Shown: one piece after another, positions 37,321-48,039 of the stretch
Layout of the letters: each line of letters opens with the position of its first letter
Numbering within the stretch: the first letter of the stretch is position 1
Assembly: GCA_037308085.1 (NCBI GenBank)
Contig: CP147779.1
Span: 704,001-768,000, forward strand
Length of the DNA stretch: 64,000 nucleotides
Reading direction: 5' to 3'
DNA from: Promethearchaeati archaeon SRVP18_Atabeyarchaeia-1
GTDB taxonomy: Archaea; Asgardarchaeota; Atabeyarchaeia; Atabeyarchaeales; Atabeyarchaeaceae
Notes under the pieces: generated by a model
The model's input: only the letters and a program-made list of their open reading frames with translations
Databases searched by the model: none
Told to the model about the DNA's origin: nothing
Made by a program: the position numbers and the translations under genes

Positions 37321-38271
37321 TTGAACAACAGCAAGGAAGTTCTTGAGAAGGATGTCAAAGAGAGGATGATGCCCGAACAAGCAATTCAATGTAGCGAGTG
37401 TGGAAATACAAAATTCATAAGGGACTATGAGAGAGCGGAATTGACTTGCATCAATTGTGGCTTGGTGATCAAGGATCGGATGATAGATACTGGGCCTGAA
37501 TGGAGAGCGTTTGATCACGAGCAGAGGGAAAAAAGAGCGAGGGCTGGAACTCCTACTACCTATACAATTCACGACAAAGGTCTATCTACAATGATTGACT
37601 GGAGAAACCGTGATAGCTTTGGGAAAGACTTGGCTCCAAGAAAGAGGGCTCAAATATACCGTTTGAGAAAGTGGCAAAGAAGGATCAGGGTCTCCGACGC
37701 AATGGAGAGAAACCTGGCGTTTGCTCTGTCAGAACTTGATCGAATGGCTTCACATCTGGGGCTCCCCAGAAATGTGAGAGAAGCTTCGGCTGTAATCTAC
37801 AGACGCGCTGTTGAACAGAAGCTAATCCGAGGAAGATCTATCGAAGGAGTTGCTGCAGCTGCGCTTTACGCTGCGTGTCGACAATGTAAGGTACCAAGGA
37901 CTTTGGACGAAATAACCGAGGTGTCGCGGGTAAGTAAGAAGGAGACTGGAAGAAGCTACCGATTTATAGCGAGAGAACTCAACATAGCTATTCCCCCGAC
38001 TAACCCCGTTGACTACATTCCAAGGTTTGCGAGCCAATTGAGCCTGTCAGGAGAGGCTCAATCTAAAGCGGTGGAGATACTCAAGCATGCTAGCATGAGG
38101 GGGTTGACATCAGGTCGTGGTCCCACAGGAGTTGCTGCCGCGGCTATCTACATAGCTAGCGTTGCTCTCAATGAGAGAAGAACCCAGCGTGATGTGGCCG
38201 AAGTTGCCAGAGTCACGGAGGTCACAGTGAGAAATAGATACAAGGAGCTAGTTGAGAAACTGAGCCTATGA
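37321..38271 (+). CDS. tfb: Transcription initiation factor IIB
   Basis: CSEC...CINC Zn ribbon, [41 protein letters not shown]. Confidence 0.97.
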   Translation: MNNSKEVLEKDVKERMMPEQAIQCSECGNTKFIRDYERAELTCINCGLVIKDRMIDTGPEWRAFDHEQREKRARAGTPTTYTIHDKGLSTMIDWRNRDSFGKDLAPRKRAQIYRLRKWQRRIRVSDAMERNLAFALSELDRMASHLGLPRNVREASAVIYRRAVEQKLIRGRSIEGVAAAALYAACRQCKVPRTLDEITEVSRVSKKETGRSYRFIARELNIAIPPTNPVDYIPRFASQLSLSGEAQSKAVEILKHASMRGLTSGRGPTGVAAAAIYIASVALNERRTQRDVAEVARVTEVTVRNRYKELVEKLSL

Positions 38272-38297
38272 CCCAGTTTCCGGAGATGGCTGCCCAG

Positions 38298-38690
38298 TCA
38301 TTTCCCCTTACTTTTCAGTAGTGTTGCATTTATTACCCCATGTTGACCTGGGCGACTGGTGACTAGAGCTTCCCCAATCTCGGTTCTTATTCTGGCTCCC
38401 TTTGAGATTATCTCCCGTCTCTGATAATCAATGCTGGCGGAATTTCCCAGAAACTGCAGTATCTTGACTTTTTTCGTATTATTGCTCTTGGGGTCAGTAA
38501 CGTTTGCAAACTCCTCTTGGAGCAACTTCACTTTCTCGTTGCCACCTCTTCCGACTTTGAATTCGATCTTCCTCTGACCTAGCTTAGTCTCAGCTGACTC
38601 CCCGCCGGCTTCGTAAGCTCTTTTGCTTCTTGCAAGCTTTATTGCCCCGCCTGTGTTCCTGCGTCCGGCACGACCTTGCCATTTACTCAA
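38298..38690 (-). CDS. rps8e: 30S ribosomal protein eS8
   Basis: WQGR...TGG, KRAYE.G, GRGGN.K, VTSRPGQHGVINA. Confidence 0.96.
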   Translation of the reverse strand: MSKWQGRAGRRNTGGAIKLARSKRAYEAGGESAETKLGQRKIEFKVGRGGNEKVKLLQEEFANVTDPKSNNTKKVKILQFLGNSASIDYQRREIISKGARIRTEIGEALVTSRPGQHGVINATLLKSKGK

Positions 38691-38788
38691 TTGAATTCAC
38701 CTCAGCAGACACGAACGTTTCCAGAATTTGAATCTTACGAGTGATTCAACACTCATTCAATGGATATTTTAAGGTATCGGGTTTCAGT

Positions 38789-38975
38789 CTACGCGGGCAT
38801 AGTTAGGTATGCGTCTGCGTACCAGTCGTATTCAACGTAGATCCAGGGCTTCACCGCATCATCCAGGTGCCTCACGAGTTCATCGACGCCACTCCGCCAC
38901 GCCCCCGTCAGGGCGTACCCGCCCACGAGGAGCGTAGGTAGGTGCCTATAGAGATAAGATCTCCATTGCGAGTGG
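38789..38975 (-). pseudogene. Orphan 3' gene fragment with no recognisable start
   Basis: Protein-like LVGGYALTGAWRSGVDELVRHLDDAVKPWIYVEYDWYADAYLTMPA*; composition differs from neighbours. Confidence 0.35.
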
Positions 38976-38996
38976 CAACAAACGTTATCGTTGAAG

Positions 38997-39033
38997 CAGG
39001 AAGCCCTCAACCTATAGGGTGGGGGCACTCCAC
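38997..39033 (+). mobile_element. Degenerate IS200/IS605-like end hairpin
   Basis: CAGGAAGCCCTCAACCTATAGGGTGGGGGC. Confidence 0.45.
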
Positions 39034-39108
39034 TAATACAGCATAATATATATGTTTCGGGAAACAATCGAGAGACAAGGCAGACCTGAAGAAAGGGAGC
39101 GAGGCGCA

Positions 39109-39405
39109 ATGAGAAAATCGGCAGAACTAATACTGTGGCCGAGTTACTTTGATTTGAACAAGACGAGAAAGGAAGGAAGAAAGGTTGGTCGTAGCTCGGC
39201 TGTAGAGCGTCCCACGATTGAAGAGCTGGTCAAAGCGGTGGAGATGCTTGGGATTAGCCACACCCCAGACAAATCCGCGGCTTATCCCAAATCTTGGTGG
39301 GAGAAGGCTGGTAGGGTCCTTGTTAGCAGAGTTGCGCCAAAGAGCAGGTTGATGGTCTCTGTTGCCAAGAACTTGAGAAAAATAAGGTCAAAGCCGACTT
39401 CCTAA
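39109..39405 (+). CDS. srp19: Signal recognition particle protein SRP19
   Basis: ILWPSYFD..KTRKEGRKV, YPKSWW...GRVLV. Confidence 0.95.
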   Translation: MRKSAELILWPSYFDLNKTRKEGRKVGRSSAVERPTIEELVKAVEMLGISHTPDKSAAYPKSWWEKAGRVLVSRVAPKSRLMVSVAKNLRKIRSKPTS

Positions 39406-39420
39406 TCGGTTGCCCAGCTT

Positions 39421-40017
39421 TCAGAGGTCGCCCTGATTTGGAGTCTCGGTTTCTTCTTCTTCCAGCATCTGAACCGAGGTCTCTCCTTCCTCCTTAGCAC
39501 CAATTTTGACCAGCCTGCGGTGCAGCTGGACCTTAAGCTTGGCGAGATCTTCATCAAATCCGAAATACTCCGCAAACATCTTAGTGGTAGTGAGCGTGAC
39601 GCTCCTTCCTGAAGGCTCCTTTCTGATGAAGCCAAGACCGTCTAGTCTGTGGATATGCTCGTATGAGTGTGCGCCTCTTATGCCAATCACTTCAGACTGT
39701 CTTATTGGTTGTCGCAGAGCTATCAGGGCCAAAGTCTTCAGAGTTCCAAAACCGAGCAGGCCCCCAGGCGACAGGCGGGAAACTCTGCTCGAATACTGTG
39801 GTTTCAACTGAAGTGCATACCTTCCTCTGGAGGCCTCCACAATCTCAAGAGCGGTCTCTCTCTCCTTGTACTCCCTTATTAGGTCAGCCAAAAGCGATTC
39901 GGCTTCAGCTTTTCCCCCAGCTTTAGAGACTCTCTCAAGATCCTCCACTGCTAGGGGTCTTCCGGCAGCGTACAGTGCCGCCTCTATCAATGCCTTCTTA
40001 TCTAGTGGAGAACTCAC
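39421..40017 (-). CDS. scpB: SMC-Scp complex subunit ScpB
   Basis: IEAALYAAGRPL, LKTLALIA..QPI.QSE...IRG, TTKMFAEYFG. Confidence 0.93.
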   Translation of the reverse strand: MSSPLDKKALIEAALYAAGRPLAVEDLERVSKAGGKAEAESLLADLIREYKERETALEIVEASRGRYALQLKPQYSSRVSRLSPGGLLGFGTLKTLALIALRQPIRQSEVIGIRGAHSYEHIHRLDGLGFIRKEPSGRSVTLTTTKMFAEYFGFDEDLAKLKVQLHRRLVKIGAKEEGETSVQMLEEEETETPNQGDL

Positions 40018-40688
40018 CTTGAAGACACTCCATCAATGAGTCTGATCATTATATCTCCGAACTCCTCTTCTTGCCACATACCTATCCTCCCTCGGTTAGC
40101 TAGATGGAGACAGCTCAGAAGCACTTTTACGACCTCCTTGCAAGTTCTTTCAAAGAGCAGTTGGGTGAACATTACCACAGGGTTAGTCGATGAGAGGTTC
40201 AGTATTCTTTGAAGAGTTTCATTGATGCTTTTCTCAACGTTTATCATGTCGGGTTCGAGTTCAAAAACCAATGGAGATACATAGGGTCCCAATTTTACTT
40301 CCTGCTTTTTGTTAGACTTCTCTTCCCCTTGAAGTAGCACTCTCTCTAATGCAACCAGAAGCTCGTCCAAAGTGACTTTTCTTGATGTTAGTCGCAGGGG
40401 CATCTCAAGAGGTGGTAGAACTAGCTCTTTCTCCTCTTCAGAGAGTTCGATGGACGGGTCAAGCTCGAGGAGCTGTTGCGTCTTCAGTTTAAGGATTATC
40501 GATGCAGACAGAAGCGCCCGTCCAGACACCCTGAAATCTATTACTCCTAGCTCGTACATCTTCTGCAAGAACGATGAAACCAAATAAGCGATGTCTATAT
40601 CCCAAGGAGAAAGTTTGCTTGCCTTTAACGAATCGAGAAGAAAAGACCATGGTGGCTGCAACCAGAATGGCAAGTTTTTCTCGTTCAA
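40014..40688 (-). CDS. scpA: Kleisin ScpA
   Basis: PWDIDI, DFRVSGRALLSASI, VTLDELL, LHLA..G.I...QEE.FGDI. Confidence 0.92.
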   Translation of the reverse strand: MNEKNLPFWLQPPWSFLLDSLKASKLSPWDIDIAYLVSSFLQKMYELGVIDFRVSGRALLSASIILKLKTQQLLELDPSIELSEEEKELVLPPLEMPLRLTSRKVTLDELLVALERVLLQGEEKSNKKQEVKLGPYVSPLVFELEPDMINVEKSINETLQRILNLSSTNPVVMFTQLLFERTCKEVVKVLLSCLHLANRGRIGMWQEEEFGDIMIRLIDGVSSR

Positions 40689-40732
40689 GAGTTACACCCC
40701 GGGTCGTTTCCACTATTTAGAGTAGAGGCAAC

Positions 40733-43700
40733 TTATGACGCAATTGCCTTTGTGAAATCTTCGATATTTGCCGACACTATGTTGGATACGCCTGTCTCCC
40801 CGCTTTTTGAAATACCGATCAGCGAATCAGCCCTCGACATGACGGCCTGTTTCAGAGTGACTACTATGAATTGGGAGCTCTTTGACAGCTCCTTTAGAAG
40901 ATCCGCTACTCTGACAGCGTTCACTTCGTCCAGAAAGGCGTCAATCTCATCGAGTACGTAGAAAGGAGCAGGTTGATGCTTCTGGATCGCGAATATCAGC
41001 GCCAATGCGGTCAGAGACTTCTCCCCGCCAGACAGGGCTTCGATGTTGGAGACCTCCATGCCCGAGGTCTTGACTTTGATGGTAATGCCACCGAGCAAGG
41101 GCTGTTCGGAGTTCTCTATGACCAGCTCAGCTCGAATTGCTTGGGAGAGATAGTTGAATATTTCCCTGAAATTGTTGGATATGTCATTAAACGTCTCCAT
41201 GAATTTCCTAATTTTCTCTCTCTCAATCTTCTCCATAAACTCAAGAACAGAAGTCTTCTCCTGCAAGACCTTCTCTCTTTTTGCGACTATTTCATCGTAT
41301 CTGCCCTTAACTGAGTCATATTGTTCTATGGCCTTCATGTTGACATTTCCAAGCGCCAGCTGTTCCTCCCTGAGCATGTGTATCCTTTCAGACGTCACCT
41401 CGCCGTCAGCCTCTCCAGTTGAGGGCGACTGGAACTCAGGGAACTCCTGAATTCTCTTTTCCTCTGTGGCTATCTCGGATTCCAGATGCTCCTTGCGGAT
41501 ACTTAGGCCGTTTATGTCCATTTGCAGTGTGCTGATCTCCCTTCTAATTAGGCTCAGCTTCTTTGACACATCTCGCGCCGAGTTCTTGTTGTCAGTGAGC
41601 TCCTTCCTGAGGGAATCGACCTCATTTTTCATCTGTTCTTTTCCAGAGAGAGTTTTCTCCAGTTCTTCGTTCAAGGCTTCAAGCTGCGTCTGTTTCGCCT
41701 CAAGTTCAGCTTGAAGTGAAGGTGTAGTCGCCTTTACCTTATCAGTTAACTTCTTTACTTCATCGATCTGCGGAGTAAGCTGCTCAATCTTCCCCAGATT
41801 CTGGGCTATTGAGATCTCAGCCTTCTTGAGTTCGTTGTTTAGCTGAGCCAACTCACTCTCTTTTTTCCTTGCCAGTTCTCCGATCCTTGAGGCCTCAGAA
41901 GTGTCGAGCAATTCTCTTAGGTTTCTCTCTTGTGATGAGAGCTGAGAAAGGTCATCCTTAGTTTTCTCGAGGACGCCGGTTAGGCCCGCAAGTTCAGCAG
42001 AGAGTTCTTCTAGTCTCGTATTCTTTGAGTTCATCTCATTCTGGGCATTGGCAATGATCTCTTCTAATTCCCTAGCCTTGTTGCTCTTGTCGGTTAGCTG
42101 TACTCCTATGACTTCCAGCTTCTTCTCGTCGGCATTGATACCTTCCCCCAGATCTGACTTTAGTTTGGCAAGGTCCTGCAACTTGTGGGAGAGAGAATCC
42201 CTTGCATCACGGAATCCCTTCAATTCCTCTTCAAGTGTCGCTAGGCTCCGTTTCTCGGTGGTCAGTTTTCCTTTCACATAGAAGCCACCGGTTATCAGCC
42301 CCGTCGGTTCTATCATGTCGCCCTCCAGGGTTACTCTGCGCAGGTCCGTGTGTTTCAGAGAGCGTGCAACACGAAGATCCTCTACCACCAATGTTTTTGC
42401 AAATACGTAGTCGATTGCCGACTCGCATCTGCGATCGTAACTTATGAGATCCTTCGCTAGGCCTATCACTCCCTTTTGCCTCGGATATTCTTGAGGGGGC
42501 ACTCCCTTAATAGTGTCAAGCGGGAGAAATGATGCCCTACCAGTCTTTGTTTTCTTGAGAAGTTCAACTAGCCTCGCCGCATCGTCTTCGCTTCTAGTCA
42601 CAACATATGCCAGGCGAGAGCCCGCCGATGCCTCAATCGCGATTGAGTATTCGGCGGGAACTTGTATCAAGTCATCGATGGTGCCAAAGATACCTTCTGG
42701 GTTTTCTCGTTCCTTAAATTTCAGGATCTCTCTAATTGCTGCTCTTCTACCGTGGGAGAGATATAACTTGGCTTCTCTTAGGGCGTCCATTCTGGTTCTT
42801 ATCCGGATGAGCTCTTCCCTGACATTTCTTGTAGTTGCGTCCGTCTCCTGCAGTTGTCTCTCCACTGACAATATGTCATTGCTTGCGTGCTCGAGTTTCG
42901 GCCGAGATTCTGCAAGCCTACTGCCAGACTCCGCTTGATCTTTCTTAGATGAGACTATTTCATCTTTGATTGTCCTGAGATTCTTCTGAGATTCCTCTCT
43001 CAATTTGCCCAATTTCACGATTTCCTGCTCGCAATATGCTTCTTCTCTGATCAGGATCTGTTGCTTGGCAGTTGTTTTGGATAACTCCAAATTCAACGCA
43101 CTTTCTTCAAGCACTATCGAGTCGAGTCTTGTTCTCTTCTTGCCAAAGTCGGTGTCCAGGCCCGAGATCTTGTTTGAGAGCTCCTTTAGAATCCCGCTTG
43201 CATCTTCGATATTCTTGAGTAGCGATTTCTTCCTATCCTCCAGCAGTTTGACATCATTCATTGCATTCTCTGTGGCTCTCTTGAGGTTAGGTAACCTCTC
43301 TTCCAGAGACCTCAGTTGGTCTAGGTTGGATTTTGTCTTCTCTTGAATGAATTTGGAAGCGTTCTCACATTCAGATGTTTGTTGCCTCAGCTCGAGTGCC
43401 TTAACCTGAATTCCATCAAGGTCAGACTCCTTTTTCGCGAGTGCAGGCTCAATCTCGGTTGCTCTATTTGACAAATCGTCTGAAGCATTTGCTATGCTCG
43501 CATCGCTTTTCTCCAGTTCAGACAGTTGCTTTTTCCTTTCTTCCAGCCTCGTTGAGACTTCTTGCAGTGCCAACCTGTCCCTCGTCAGTTGCGCAAAGAT
43601 CAGAGATGCCTGCAAGTTTCTGATATCCTTTTCTGTCTGCTGCCACCTTACGGCGTCCGTTCTTTCTTTTTCAAGGCGGCCAAGTTCGTCCTTAGCAAGC

Positions 43701-44299
43701 TTCACTCTGTCTTCTATTCGTGATAGATTCTGGTTGACCTCTTCGAGTTCTTTGAGTGCTCTCTCTTTCTTCTCATCATAGGTTGCAATTCCAGCGATCT
43801 TCTCGATCAACTCTCTACGTTCCTCATGGTTCAATCTTATTATGCGGGATAACTCACCCTGCGGGACAATATTGTACCCCTCCGGATCTATCCCCACCAT
43901 GCTCAGGATATCGAGTATCTCAGTCCTCGTAGTGAGGCGACCGTTCAGGCGATACAATCCATGCCCTTCACGATCGACTTGCCTCGATATTACGATGTCA
44001 TCTGAGTCTATTGGGATCCTTCTATCAGAATTGTCACAGTGGAGAGTGACCCGAGCATATTCAGCTGCCTTCTCTGCGCCGGGAGATCCAGGATTATAGA
44101 TGAGATCGGAGAATGAACCTGCTCTGACAAACTTGGCGCTTAGTATCCCAAGCGTGAAGCATATTGCATCTAGAATGTTGCTCTTTCCGCTGCCGTTGGC
44201 GCCAACGACCGCTGTAAGCCCCTTTGAGAACCTTAGGCTGACAGTTTTCCTTCCGAACGACTTGAATCCTCTAAATACAATTCTTCTAAGATATACCAA
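40733..44299 (-). CDS. smc: Chromosome segregation protein SMC
   Basis: FKSF, GANGSGKSN, Q-loop VPQG, hinge GRASFLPL and VTLEGD, LSGGEKS, LDEIDAFLD. Confidence 0.97.
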   Translation of the reverse strand: MVYLRRIVFRGFKSFGRKTVSLRFSKGLTAVVGANGSGKSNILDAICFTLGILSAKFVRAGSFSDLIYNPGSPGAEKAAEYARVTLHCDNSDRRIPIDSDDIVISRQVDREGHGLYRLNGRLTTRTEILDILSMVGIDPEGYNIVPQGELSRIIRLNHEERRELIEKIAGIATYDEKKERALKELEEVNQNLSRIEDRVKLAKDELGRLEKERTDAVRWQQTEKDIRNLQASLIFAQLTRDRLALQEVSTRLEERKKQLSELEKSDASIANASDDLSNRATEIEPALAKKESDLDGIQVKALELRQQTSECENASKFIQEKTKSNLDQLRSLEERLPNLKRATENAMNDVKLLEDRKKSLLKNIEDASGILKELSNKISGLDTDFGKKRTRLDSIVLEESALNLELSKTTAKQQILIREEAYCEQEIVKLGKLREESQKNLRTIKDEIVSSKKDQAESGSRLAESRPKLEHASNDILSVERQLQETDATTRNVREELIRIRTRMDALREAKLYLSHGRRAAIREILKFKERENPEGIFGTIDDLIQVPAEYSIAIEASAGSRLAYVVTRSEDDAARLVELLKKTKTGRASFLPLDTIKGVPPQEYPRQKGVIGLAKDLISYDRRCESAIDYVFAKTLVVEDLRVARSLKHTDLRRVTLEGDMIEPTGLITGGFYVKGKLTTEKRSLATLEEELKGFRDARDSLSHKLQDLAKLKSDLGEGINADEKKLEVIGVQLTDKSNKARELEEIIANAQNEMNSKNTRLEELSAELAGLTGVLEKTKDDLSQLSSQERNLRELLDTSEASRIGELARKKESELAQLNNELKKAEISIAQNLGKIEQLTPQIDEVKKLTDKVKATTPSLQAELEAKQTQLEALNEELEKTLSGKEQMKNEVDSLRKELTDNKNSARDVSKKLSLIRREISTLQMDINGLSIRKEHLESEIATEEKRIQEFPEFQSPSTGEADGEVTSERIHMLREEQLALGNVNMKAIEQYDSVKGRYDEIVAKREKVLQEKTSVLEFMEKIEREKIRKFMETFNDISNNFREIFNYLSQAIRAELVIENSEQPLLGGITIKVKTSGMEVSNIEALSGGEKSLTALALIFAIQKHQPAPFYVLDEIDAFLDEVNAVRVADLLKELSKSSQFIVVTLKQAVMSRADSLIGISKSGETGVSNIVSANIEDFTKAIAS

Positions 44300-44528
44300 G
44301 ATGTTTTCCCCGCTTCGTTGGCATAAGACACATGTCGGTAGTAGAGAAAATTCTAGAGGAGATTAATCCTAACTCAGGCCGATGACTCCAAATCAGTTGG
44401 GCATTCCCCATTTCACTAGTACGTGGACATGTTTATCGATTCTGAAAACAGATTAGACTTCTGAGTTCATAAGGATAATGGGGTGTTAGCGAAAGAATCC
44501 CAAGATAATACTGTGCGGTTCTCCCCGA

Positions 44529-45209
44529 TCAGAATACTATCATCACGTGGGCCTTGTCATAGGGTTCGAGATGTACCACCTGCTTCACCTCAAACATCAA
44601 TCTAAGGGTTTCTGTCTCTCTCTTGAATATCTCAGAAGGCTCCTTGGTCACGTCCACGCTCCGCGCCTTTATAGCCAAGAAACCGTGACCACCTTCTTTC
44701 AGAAACATCTTTGCGTTCTTAGTCATTATTTCGCTCTGATTGGGCTGTGCTACATCTTGGTAAACCAGATCAACCTGATCCACTAACATCCGATATTTCT
44801 CGGGGAACCTAGCATCAGCAAGGATCGGGAGCATATTCTTCCGGTATTCGCATAGCGCCACAAGCTCGCGGATGACTCTAGGTGAGAATTCAACGCAGTA
44901 CACGAGCCCGTCCTCGCCTACTATGTCAGAAACATGACTTGCCGTAGTTCCTGAAGCAGCACCCAGATATAGAACTCTGGATCCTTGCTCTAGGGGGACT
45001 TTTTCGACTCCCTTTGTTATCGCTGCGGCTAGTTTGCTACGATACGTGTCCCAAACACGATATTCCTTCCCCGAGACTTGAATGAGCCTTTCGCCGTATA
45101 CCTTTCTTCCCGGCGTGAGATTGAGCGTAGCGAGTCTTTCTCCCCCACTTTGATCCTCGAGGGAGACCCACAAGACGTTATTGCATCCTTTGTACTCTCT
45201 TGTATCCAT
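44529..45209 (-). CDS. flpA: Fibrillarin rRNA/tRNA 2'-O-methyltransferase
   Basis: VYGE, RSKLAA, VLYLGAASGTT.SH, DVAQPNQ, IKARSVD. Confidence 0.96.
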   Translation of the reverse strand: MDTREYKGCNNVLWVSLEDQSGGERLATLNLTPGRKVYGERLIQVSGKEYRVWDTYRSKLAAAITKGVEKVPLEQGSRVLYLGAASGTTASHVSDIVGEDGLVYCVEFSPRVIRELVALCEYRKNMLPILADARFPEKYRMLVDQVDLVYQDVAQPNQSEIMTKNAKMFLKEGGHGFLAIKARSVDVTKEPSEIFKRETETLRLMFEVKQVVHLEPYDKAHVMIVF

Positions 45210-45242
45210 TATGCAACGCCTTCATTCTGGAGAAAAGGCTTC

Positions 45243-46496
45243 TCAGTACCTTCTCCTATCGCGTCTCTTCATGTCTTTCCCGAACCTCTCACGCTTGTAT
45301 TTCATGGGTTCTCCGTACTTTGGAGGTTCTTTGCGTGCAGTCGGTTTGGGATACTTCTTCTTTATGTCCTCGATCCGCCTGTCCAAAATATACTTCAATT
45401 CATCGGCCTGATACTCGCCTGAATAGGCGTCGATCCTCGCAGCGATGGAAAGCTTGCCAGCAAGCACACGTGCAACTTTCCCCCTCTGCCACCAAGAAGC
45501 TCTGTGGATAAATGGATGTTGGAATATGATCCCATGCTTAGGCGGGTTTGCACCTGTTTTGAGAGCTCGGAACAAGGCTTTTTCAGCCCCCAGCACTTGA
45601 ATTGTGCTGGCGGGAAGCCTTGAAAGCTCGTCCAGACCGCCAGCCAGACTCAACAGGCGAGCTCCAATCATGGAGCCGGCAAGCCCCGTCACATTCGGGG
45701 CGACCTCCTTCATGATGTTATCGACATACTGCTCGATTTCACTCCTAGCGTCATAAAGCTCCTTTATTATGGTGGCAAAGTTCCTTATTCTGGAAAGGTC
45801 GTAATCGGCTATTCTGGCGCCCATTGAGCTTTTAGCCTGCCTCTCAAGTTCCATGCGCATTGCGTCGGAGAATGTCGCCACACCACGCAGATTGTCCTGC
45901 GAATACTGGCTTCTGTCCCCAATCTTACTTATGAGCGCGGCATAGGTCTGGTGATTCTCTACGAGCCTGCTCAGTTCAGGAAAGTACAACCCGTACCATT
46001 CTCTTATCCTCGAGGCGAATAGGTTTAGGGTCTTATCAATATCGTCAGTAGATTCAATTGCCTGAACAATCAGCTTATCTCTTTTCTCAGCTGCTCCGCG
46101 TATCTTCTGCTTAGTCAACAAGATGTTGACCTGATACAATAACGAGTAAAAATCTTCAGGCGAGCTAACAAAGCCTGATTCTGTAGAGAAATCCACGATT
46201 CTTGACCTAAGCAGTCTGCCAGCTTGGCTTGGGGTCTCAACATGGGTGCGAACCCCGTACCTCTTCACAATATTATTGGCGAGTTGCTCGTCCTCCAAAA
46301 TGAATTCGTCAAAGCCTTTGTTTTGTATCTGCTCCACTAGTTTACCCAACTCGTCGATTATCTCGCCATCCTGAAGCCTCGTGACTTTCTTCGCTAATTC
46401 ATCTGGGTTTGGCTTGAAAACACTCTTACTCACTAGTTTGAGTGAGTCGTCAAATGCAAAAACGCCGACCAAGGACTCGACGATCAGTGCCTGCAA
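45243..46496 (-). CDS. nop5: C/D box RNP protein Nop5 (Nop56/58)
   Basis: REWYGLYFPEL, APN, PASTIQVLGAEKALF, PKHGIIF, RGK.AR.LA.K. Confidence 0.96.
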   Translation of the reverse strand: MQALIVESLVGVFAFDDSLKLVSKSVFKPNPDELAKKVTRLQDGEIIDELGKLVEQIQNKGFDEFILEDEQLANNIVKRYGVRTHVETPSQAGRLLRSRIVDFSTESGFVSSPEDFYSLLYQVNILLTKQKIRGAAEKRDKLIVQAIESTDDIDKTLNLFASRIREWYGLYFPELSRLVENHQTYAALISKIGDRSQYSQDNLRGVATFSDAMRMELERQAKSSMGARIADYDLSRIRNFATIIKELYDARSEIEQYVDNIMKEVAPNVTGLAGSMIGARLLSLAGGLDELSRLPASTIQVLGAEKALFRALKTGANPPKHGIIFQHPFIHRASWWQRGKVARVLAGKLSIAARIDAYSGEYQADELKYILDRRIEDIKKKYPKPTARKEPPKYGEPMKYKRERFGKDMKRRDRRRY

Positions 46497-46636
46497 GCTT
46501 CCTTGTCCTCCGCCAAAGTTAAAGGGAAACAGACTGTCAGATGAATTGTATAGATGCAGGTGATTACATATAAAGGAATATGGGATGGTTACACTCTCTT
46601 AGGGAAGCATCTAGGTTGCTTCGCGCCTATGTCATC

Positions 46637-46738
46637 ATGGGTGTCACTTTCTCTGCGGGGACACTATATGGGTTAAGAGAGCACAGAGAGGAGAGGCACA
46701 CCCAGAAAGGTAGGAGGCCCCATAAATCACCTCAATAG
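46637..46738 (+). pseudogene. C-terminal remnant of IS607 serine-recombinase TnpA
   Basis: VTFSAGTLYGLREH resembles the IS607 TnpA C-terminal motif (VTSFAGxLYGxRSH), just upstream of tnpB. Confidence 0.5.
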
Positions 46739-46842
46739 TCGCGCATCAAGGGAACCATATATGGAGGGCGAGGAGAGGCGAGAAGAGAACCATTGCAATT
46801 AAGTACCAACCTTCGGACAACATCCTCAGGTACCTCAAAGAT

Positions 46843-48039
46843 ATGAGGGAAGCCTTGAGAGAGGCTCTGGTTTGCGCATACGCCTTGGCTAAGGGTAGCA
46901 ACTTCTTTGTGCCTAGCCCAATTGTACTGAGAAGAAAGGTGAAACCCTGGTTCGATTCTCGTTATGATTACGCTAGGCACCACATTAACCCAGTCTGCAG
47001 GGCCGCTGTGGCTCTGCTTAGGTCGTATAGGAGAAGGCATGGGCGGTTAGCTTTGCCTCAGGTTAGGAGGCTCACCATGAGGATTGACTCCGAACTATTC
47101 CGCGTAGACTCGAATCGCGATGGAACTGTGGTTGTGCGGGTGACCTTGGAGCCCTTCACCTACGATGTCATTAGGTTCACCCCGCGCCACAGGAAGTGGA
47201 GCGAGTACAGCACTGGGAAAACGAGCGAGCTCCTGCTAACCGACAGGAAGCTTTGCATCACATTCATCGTGGGGGTTGAAGGCAGTAAGTCCCTTGGAGC
47301 GAGGCTTGCGGGTTTAGACCTCAACTTCCGAAGCGTAGACTCAACAGCCTTCAGCTGCGGCAGGTTGGAGCCGCCTTGCACAGAGCATTTCAGCAGGATT
47401 GTGCAGGTTCAGAACGACTTCTCGAGGAGGCGTAGGAGGCTTCAGCTGCACATCAGGAATCCACAGAAGAGGGCGGCTAAGCTCGGCGAGACAAGGGGCA
47501 GGCAGAGAAACAGATTTCAGAACGCGCTACAGAAGCTCTCAAACAGGATAGTCCGGGAGAATCCTGGCACCTCCTTCATCTTCGAGGACCTGAAAGGTAT
47601 ACGAAGAAACGGAGAGAGGCGAGTGAAGAGGAGCAGGAAGCTGAGGACGTACCTGAACCGCTGGCCCTACCGAATGCTTCAGAGGATGGTGGGGTACAAG
47701 AGTCGCTGCAGGACTCTATACGTTAGCCCGAGGGGGACCTCATCGAAGTGTCCCGTCTGCGGTGGAAATTTGAAGCACCCAGCTTGGGCCATATCAAGGT
47801 GCAGAACTTGTGGCGTGGACTACGACCGGGATAGGCTCGCCAGCTTGGCGATACTCCACCGTGGCCTGCGCCTATGCGGCCAACCGTTTGCCGTGAGTGC
47901 GGGCGCCTCTTGGCAGCGGATGAGGGATGAATACCTGTACGCCCCCGGAGAGCCTGAGGCTGGGGGAGCAGGTGGGACTGAAGAGGCTGCCAACGCCCCG
48001 AATAGAAACGCGTACTTCCACAAATTTCCGCGTTTCTAG
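46843..48039 (+). CDS. tnpB: TnpB RNA-guided endonuclease; the reading frame is open from 46726 and the true start is uncertain
   Basis: RuvC-I GLDLN, RuvC-II FEDL, SPRGTSSKCPVCG...CRTCG, RuvC-III DRDRLASLAI. Confidence 0.93.
   Translation: MREALREALVCAYALAKGSNFFVPSPIVLRRKVKPWFDSRYDYARHHINPVCRAAVALLRSYRRRHGRLALPQVRRLTMRIDSELFRVDSNRDGTVVVRVTLEPFTYDVIRFTPRHRKWSEYSTGKTSELLLTDRKLCITFIVGVEGSKSLGARLAGLDLNFRSVDSTAFSCGRLEPPCTEHFSRIVQVQNDFSRRRRRLQLHIRNPQKRAAKLGETRGRQRNRFQNALQKLSNRIVRENPGTSFIFEDLKGIRRNGERRVKRSRKLRTYLNRWPYRMLQRMVGYKSRCRTLYVSPRGTSSKCPVCGGNLKHPAWAISRCRTCGVDYDRDRLASLAILHRGLRLCGQPFAVSAGASWQRMRDEYLYAPGEPEAGGAGGTEEAANAPNRNAYFHKFPRF

Noticed and set aside
38700-39100. SRP RNA next to srp19
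   Set aside because: No helix 6/8 or Alu-domain motifs on either strand.
46843-48039. Cas12f/Cas14 effector
   Set aside because: No CRISPR repeats; the TnpA remnant and right-end hairpin indicate an IS element.
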